A stretch of 7,173 nucleotides of DNA, from the NCBI GenBank assembly GCA_028700905.1, contig JAQVRT010000035.1, forward strand, positions 1 through 7,173. The letters run 5' to 3'. The stretch's first letter is position 1. Every line of letters begins with the position of its first letter. The stretch is from Candidatus Iainarchaeum sp. (GTDB lineage: Archaea > Iainarchaeota > Iainarchaeia > Iainarchaeales > CSSED10-239). The notes beneath the pieces are model-generated. The model had not been told where the DNA came from. It saw nothing but the letters and a program-made list of their open reading frames with translations, and ran no database searches. Positions 7,044-7,173 of this stretch are shown one piece after another. Position numbers and translations under genes: made by a program.

Positions 7044-7120
7044 ATAAATTTGTCTTGTAATTTTTGTAAAAAACAAGATAAATTTACAAAACACATTTTA
7101 CTATAAATAGTGTCTTATAA
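7044..7120. repeat. Imperfect direct repeat ATAAAT-(1-2 nt)-TGTCTTRTAA, two copies about 60 bp apart
   Basis: ATAAATTTGTCTTGTAA at 7044-7060 and ATAAATAGTGTCTTATAA at 7103-7120. The 10-mer cores TGTCTTGTAA and TGTCTTATAA match at 9 of 10 positions. Confidence 0.5.
7062..7091. repeat. Perfect 9-bp inverted repeat TTTTGTAAA-N12-TTTACAAAA
   Basis: The arms lie at 7062-7070 and 7083-7091. A second inverted pair, TCTTGT (7053-7058) and ACAAGA (7073-7078), is interleaved with it. Confidence 0.6.
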
Positions 7121-7173
7121 GTATATATATTAGTTAAACCAAAGTATTTTTAAATAGATATATTAAGGAAAAC

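Noticed and set aside
7147-7156. A strong TATA-like TTTTTAAATA near the right edge, considered as a promoter for a divergent + strand gene
   Set aside because: Any gene it served would lie outside the window. It is about 170 nt from the tuf ATG, so it is unlikely to be the tuf core promoter, and it cannot be supported from this sequence alone.
1-7173. A scan of the whole window for CRISPR repeats, transposase or integrase genes, tRNA or rRNA genes, toxin-antitoxin pairs and defence-type cassettes
   Set aside because: None were found. The five housekeeping CDSs use all substantial coding capacity, and the intergenic spacers (66, 62, 88 and 194 bp) are too short and too AT-rich to hold structured RNA genes.

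Overview
The window is a very AT-rich (roughly 30% G+C by eye) archaeal chromosomal segment made up entirely of core information-processing genes. On the + strand, a tightly packed three-gene unit encodes a 93-aa helical protein that resembles the UPF0147 family, the PolD small subunit DP1 (polB), and the PolD large subunit DP2 (polC, 1148 aa, no intein). It converges on a - strand tuf (EF-1 alpha) and rps10 (ribosomal protein S10/uS10) pair. An oligo-A/oligo-T tract at 5265-5330 separates the two units and looks like a bidirectional terminator. PolD excludes Crenarchaeota. The extreme AT bias, the compact proteins and several substitutions at usually invariant positions suggest a fast-evolving, small-genome lineage, possibly DPANN-like, but that is only a guess. 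All five CDSs end in TAA, and two of them (the first + strand ORF and tuf) have clear Shine-Dalgarno sequences. I found no CRISPR array, mobile element, tRNA/rRNA, toxin-antitoxin or defence-type cassette, and I do not think the window holds a novel multi-gene system. These points merit a second look: (1) the function-unknown UPF0147-like gene sits 4 nt upstream of the PolD genes; (2) the non-coding region upstream of tuf has a repeat and palindrome architecture; (3) oligo-T tracts lie inside the tuf-rps10 spacer; (4) EF-1 alpha has non-canonical residues in G1 and switch II; (5) DP2 carries a tandemly duplicated Cys4 module; (6) DP2 ends in a perfect PIP box. All homology calls come from recognising motifs by eye, not from searches.
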